NCBI GenBank assembly: GCA_034670305.1
Contig: JAXMNT010000001.1
Location: forward strand, 1-64,000
DNA: 64,000 nucleotides
Direction of reading: 5' to 3'
DNA from: Deltaproteobacteria bacterium
GTDB taxonomy: Bacteria > Myxococcota_A > Polyangia > Polyangiales > Houyiibacteriaceae
The notes under the pieces are model-generated. The model saw only the letters and a list, made by a program, of their open reading frames with translations. It ran no database searches and had not been told where the DNA came from. The position numbers and the translations under genes were made by a program. Within the stretch, counting starts at the first letter, position 1. Each line of letters begins with the position of its first letter. Below, piece by piece: positions 61,225 through 64,000 of this stretch.

Positions 61225-62580
61225 ATGGGCACCCCGGCCAGCGCTGAACCGCACGAAGACGGCTGGGGAGGCGTGTCGACTGAACCTCCACCCGCGGCGT
61301 GGTCGGACGCGGTCCACGCGCTGCTGGGTCACCGCGCGACCCTGGTCGGGTGCATCGACGCGGTCCGCGCGGCCTCGCCGGAGTTCGTTCCGGCCCGCTG
61401 CGTCCAGGGATTCGGGCTGCTGTTCAAGGGGCGCGTCGAGCTGCGCGGGCGGGCACTTCGTCTGGCGGACGAGGTCGCGCCTCTGTGCCGAACCCCGCGC
61501 GAACAGTTGCTCGTGGCCGCGATCCGAGCTTGGGCGAACGACGACGCCTTGGGTGCGCTGCGCGCCTTGCGCGAGATCCTGGAGCGGCACCCAACCGACG
61601 CGCTGACGATCAAAGTGCACCACGGGCTCGCCTTCTTATACGGCGACCGCGTGGCGATGCTCGGCGCGCTCGAAGGGGTGGCGACGGCGTGGTCCGATGC
61701 GACGCCTGGCAGCGGGTACATGCACGGATGCCACGCGTTCGCGCTCTGCGAAGACGGACAGTTCGAGCGGTCCGAAGCGGTGGGGCGGCGCGCGGTCGAA
61801 CTCGAACCCAGCGACGCCTGGGGCATTCACGCCGTCTCGCACAGTTTCGAGATGCGGGACCGGCCGGAGGTTGCCGCGCAATGGCTCGATGCACATCGGG
61901 CCGGGTACGACGGATGTTCGGTCTTCCGCGGGCACGTGTACTGGCACCGCGCGATGATCGACTGCGAGCTCGGCCGTCCGCGCGACGCGCTCGCGCTGTA
62001 CGACGCGCACGTGGCGCGGCCCTGGGTCGGCGACTACCGGGACATGAGCAACTGCACGACGCTGCTCTGGCGGCTCGAGTCCGATGGCATCGACGTGGGC
62101 GACCGCTGGGTCGGTCTCGCGGAGATCGCCGCGACGTTCGGGCTCGACCACGGCTCGGCGTTCGCGGATGCCCACTACGCGCTGGCGCTCCGCCAGGCCG
62201 GGGATCCCGCGCCGATGCGGGCCTCGCTCGCGGCCCACTGCGCCGAAGACGCGACCGGTGCGCAGCGTGCGGTGCAGCGAGAGGTCGGCGCGCCGTTGGT
62301 CGAAGCGATCGCACTTGGGCCGAGCGAACCGGCGCGCAGTTTCGAAAAGCTCGTGCGGTTGCAGAAGCACCTGGTGCGGATGGGCGGAAGCAACGCGCAG
62401 CGCGATGTGTTCGAGCTCATCCGGCTCCAGGCCGCGCTCGACGGGGGCCAGCGCGCGCCAGAGACCCTGCGACGAGCGCAACGGGCGCTGCGCCAACGGC
62501 TGGGGGAGCGTCCCGGTCACCAGTGGGCGAAACAACGCGTGGCGCCAGGCTCGCACCACGAAGCGGGCATCCTCGCCTGA
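61225..62580 (+). CDS. TTC38-like TPR protein
   Basis: HPTDAL, HAFALCE, DAWGIHAVSH, HVYWH, LLWRL, MGGSNAQRDVF. Confidence 0.85.
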   Translation: MGTPASAEPHEDGWGGVSTEPPPAAWSDAVHALLGHRATLVGCIDAVRAASPEFVPARCVQGFGLLFKGRVELRGRALRLADEVAPLCRTPREQLLVAAIRAWANDDALGALRALREILERHPTDALTIKVHHGLAFLYGDRVAMLGALEGVATAWSDATPGSGYMHGCHAFALCEDGQFERSEAVGRRAVELEPSDAWGIHAVSHSFEMRDRPEVAAQWLDAHRAGYDGCSVFRGHVYWHRAMIDCELGRPRDALALYDAHVARPWVGDYRDMSNCTTLLWRLESDGIDVGDRWVGLAEIAATFGLDHGSAFADAHYALALRQAGDPAPMRASLAAHCAEDATGAQRAVQREVGAPLVEAIALGPSEPARSFEKLVRLQKHLVRMGGSNAQRDVFELIRLQAALDGGQRAPETLRRAQRALRQRLGERPGHQWAKQRVAPGSHHEAGILA

Positions 62581-62688
62581 TCGTGCGCTTGCGGCTCCCC
62601 AGGGCCAGCGAGCGCTTGCCGCTTCGTCCGTGCGCGGACACGTAGGGCCAGTGCAGCGCGTTCCAGATCCCGACCTCGGAGGTACACG

Positions 62689-62814
62689 GTGTTGTCTGCG
62701 CGAATCGCAGTGTTGTCTGCGCGAATCGCAGTGTTGTCTGCGCGAATCGCAGTGCAGTCCTCGAGAATCGCAGTGCAGTCCTCGAGAGCAGCAGTGCTGT
62801 GCCCAGCGACCGCA
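62689..62814. repeat. intergenic 21-bp tandem repeat, 6 units (3 identical, then diverging)
   Basis: GTGTTGTCTGCGCGAATCGCA x3, GTGCAGTCCTCGAGAATCGCA, GTGCAGTCCTCGAGAGCAGCA, GTGCTGTGCCCAGCGACCGCA. Confidence 0.9.
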
Positions 62815-62829
62815 CCGTAGGGAAGCGCA

Positions 62830-63750
62830 GTGAAGATCTTGAAGATCATCGGCCTCGTCGTGTTCCTGGTCGGCTTGGTGGTGCTGTGCGTCGTGTACCA
62901 GCGCGTCACGTCGCAGGTCGCGGAGAATCTGATCCGCCCGCGCAACCTCGGACGCAGCTACGAGGATCCACCCGACGAGGTGACGCGGGCCTTTCGCGTG
63001 TCGGTCGACGACGGCGTCGAGCTCGACGTCTGGTACACCGAGGCGTGGGGCGAGCCGCCGCCGGATCCGGTCGACCTGATGATCATCCTGCACGGGATCG
63101 GCGACAACAAACGCACGATGTGGCCGCTCGCTAGGCGCTACGCCGTGCATGGCGTCTCCTCGGTGCTGGTTGATCTGCGCGGGCACGGCCGTTCGAGTTC
63201 GGTCCCGATCACGTACGGAGCCAAAGACCGCTTCGATCTGATCGCGGTGCTCGATCATCTGGAGGCCGAAGGCATGCAACTCGACGACGTCGGCGTGTAC
63301 GGCCCGTCCTATGGCGGCGCAGTCGCCCTGCAGCTCGGATGTCAGGATCCGCGGGTCACCCGCGTCGTCAGCGCCGGTGGTTTCGGATCGATGCGCCGGC
63401 TCATGCGGCCGTACCTGCGCTCCGCGAGCGAACACTTCGCGTGGCTGGTGCCGACCGACTTCGTGCAGCGCACCGTCGAGCTCGCCGGTGCCCGCGGCGG
63501 CTTCGATCCCGACGATGCGTCGGCCACCGCGTGCATCGCAGATTCTCCGAGTGCGCACTACGTCCTCGTGCACAGCCCGGTCGACGAAGTGGTCGAGTAC
63601 AGCGACGTGCTCGACGTGATGGCGGCCTGTGGCGACCGGTGCGAGCTGCTCACCCTCGAGGGCATGACCCACCACGAAACCCTCAGCAATGAACCGCTGC
63701 GCCAACGCCTCCACGAGTTCACCGCGGGCGAGCCGCTCAGCAGCTTGTAG
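62830..63750 (+). CDS. membrane-anchored alpha/beta hydrolase
   Basis: N-terminal TM, LHGIGD, DLRGHGRS, GPSYGG nucleophile elbow, D and H of the triad near the C-terminus. Confidence 0.9.
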   Translation: MKILKIIGLVVFLVGLVVLCVVYQRVTSQVAENLIRPRNLGRSYEDPPDEVTRAFRVSVDDGVELDVWYTEAWGEPPPDPVDLMIILHGIGDNKRTMWPLARRYAVHGVSSVLVDLRGHGRSSSVPITYGAKDRFDLIAVLDHLEAEGMQLDDVGVYGPSYGGAVALQLGCQDPRVTRVVSAGGFGSMRRLMRPYLRSASEHFAWLVPTDFVQRTVELAGARGGFDPDDASATACIADSPSAHYVLVHSPVDEVVEYSDVLDVMAACGDRCELLTLEGMTHHETLSNEPLRQRLHEFTAGEPLSSL

Positions 63751-63846
63751 GTCAAAGCCTCCAAGGTTGGGGACGCTCCCTGTTGTGCGCAACGCCTGTC
63801 AGGAGCGGGTCTTGTGCCTCGAGCCAACTTCTGGGCTCAATGGGGC

Positions 63847-64000
63847 ATGTTTGGCTCCCGCGCTGTCCCGTCTGTCTTCGTGCTCGCATCCATCGCCGTT
63901 GCCGCCGTTGCGTTCTCCTCCCCGATCGTGATCGCCAAGGCTGGCTCCACCGAGCCGTGGCTCGACCCGCTCGCGCTCGAACGGACCGAGGCCGCGCTCG
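63847..64000 (+). CDS. 5' part of an exported protein (runs off the window)
   Basis: MFGSRAVPSVFVLASIAVAAVAFSSP... is signal-like and open to the window end. Confidence 0.5.
   Translation, partial: MFGSRAVPSVFVLASIAVAAVAFSSPIVIAKAGSTEPWLDPLALERTEAAL

Noticed and set aside
62689-62814. CRISPR-like array
   Set aside because: Units are contiguous with no unique spacers, and no cas genes are present.

Overview
GC-rich chromosomal window, by gene content most likely from a myxobacterium (Myxococcota, Polyangiales/Sandaracinaceae-like; inference). About 40 real CDS. The centre is a three-gene myxobacterial-type PUFA synthase cluster (pfa1 ER; pfa2 KS-MAT-4xACP-KR-DH; pfa3 KS-CLF-DHs-AGPAT, no visible AT, no PPTase in the window). 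It is surrounded by many Cys-rich or Ig-like lipoproteins, PEGA-like proteins, a Ser/Thr kinase operon, an FHA-sigma54 activator, tolB, a PpiD-like PPIase and a five-gene Rieske/FMN-glutamate-synthase/ferric-reductase operon. Three patterns cut across genes. (1) Exported proteins are almost free of Lys and carry Met-rich patches, whereas cytoplasmic proteins keep Lys. (2) Six dispersed, mostly bipartite (GCGGAA)n-(GCCGAN/TCCGAA)n hexamer arrays occur, two of them in frame inside genes. (3) Two related 21-bp tandem arrays lie about 48 kb apart. No rRNA, tRNA, CRISPR or transposase was recognised. Family assignments come from motif recognition by eye, not database searches.
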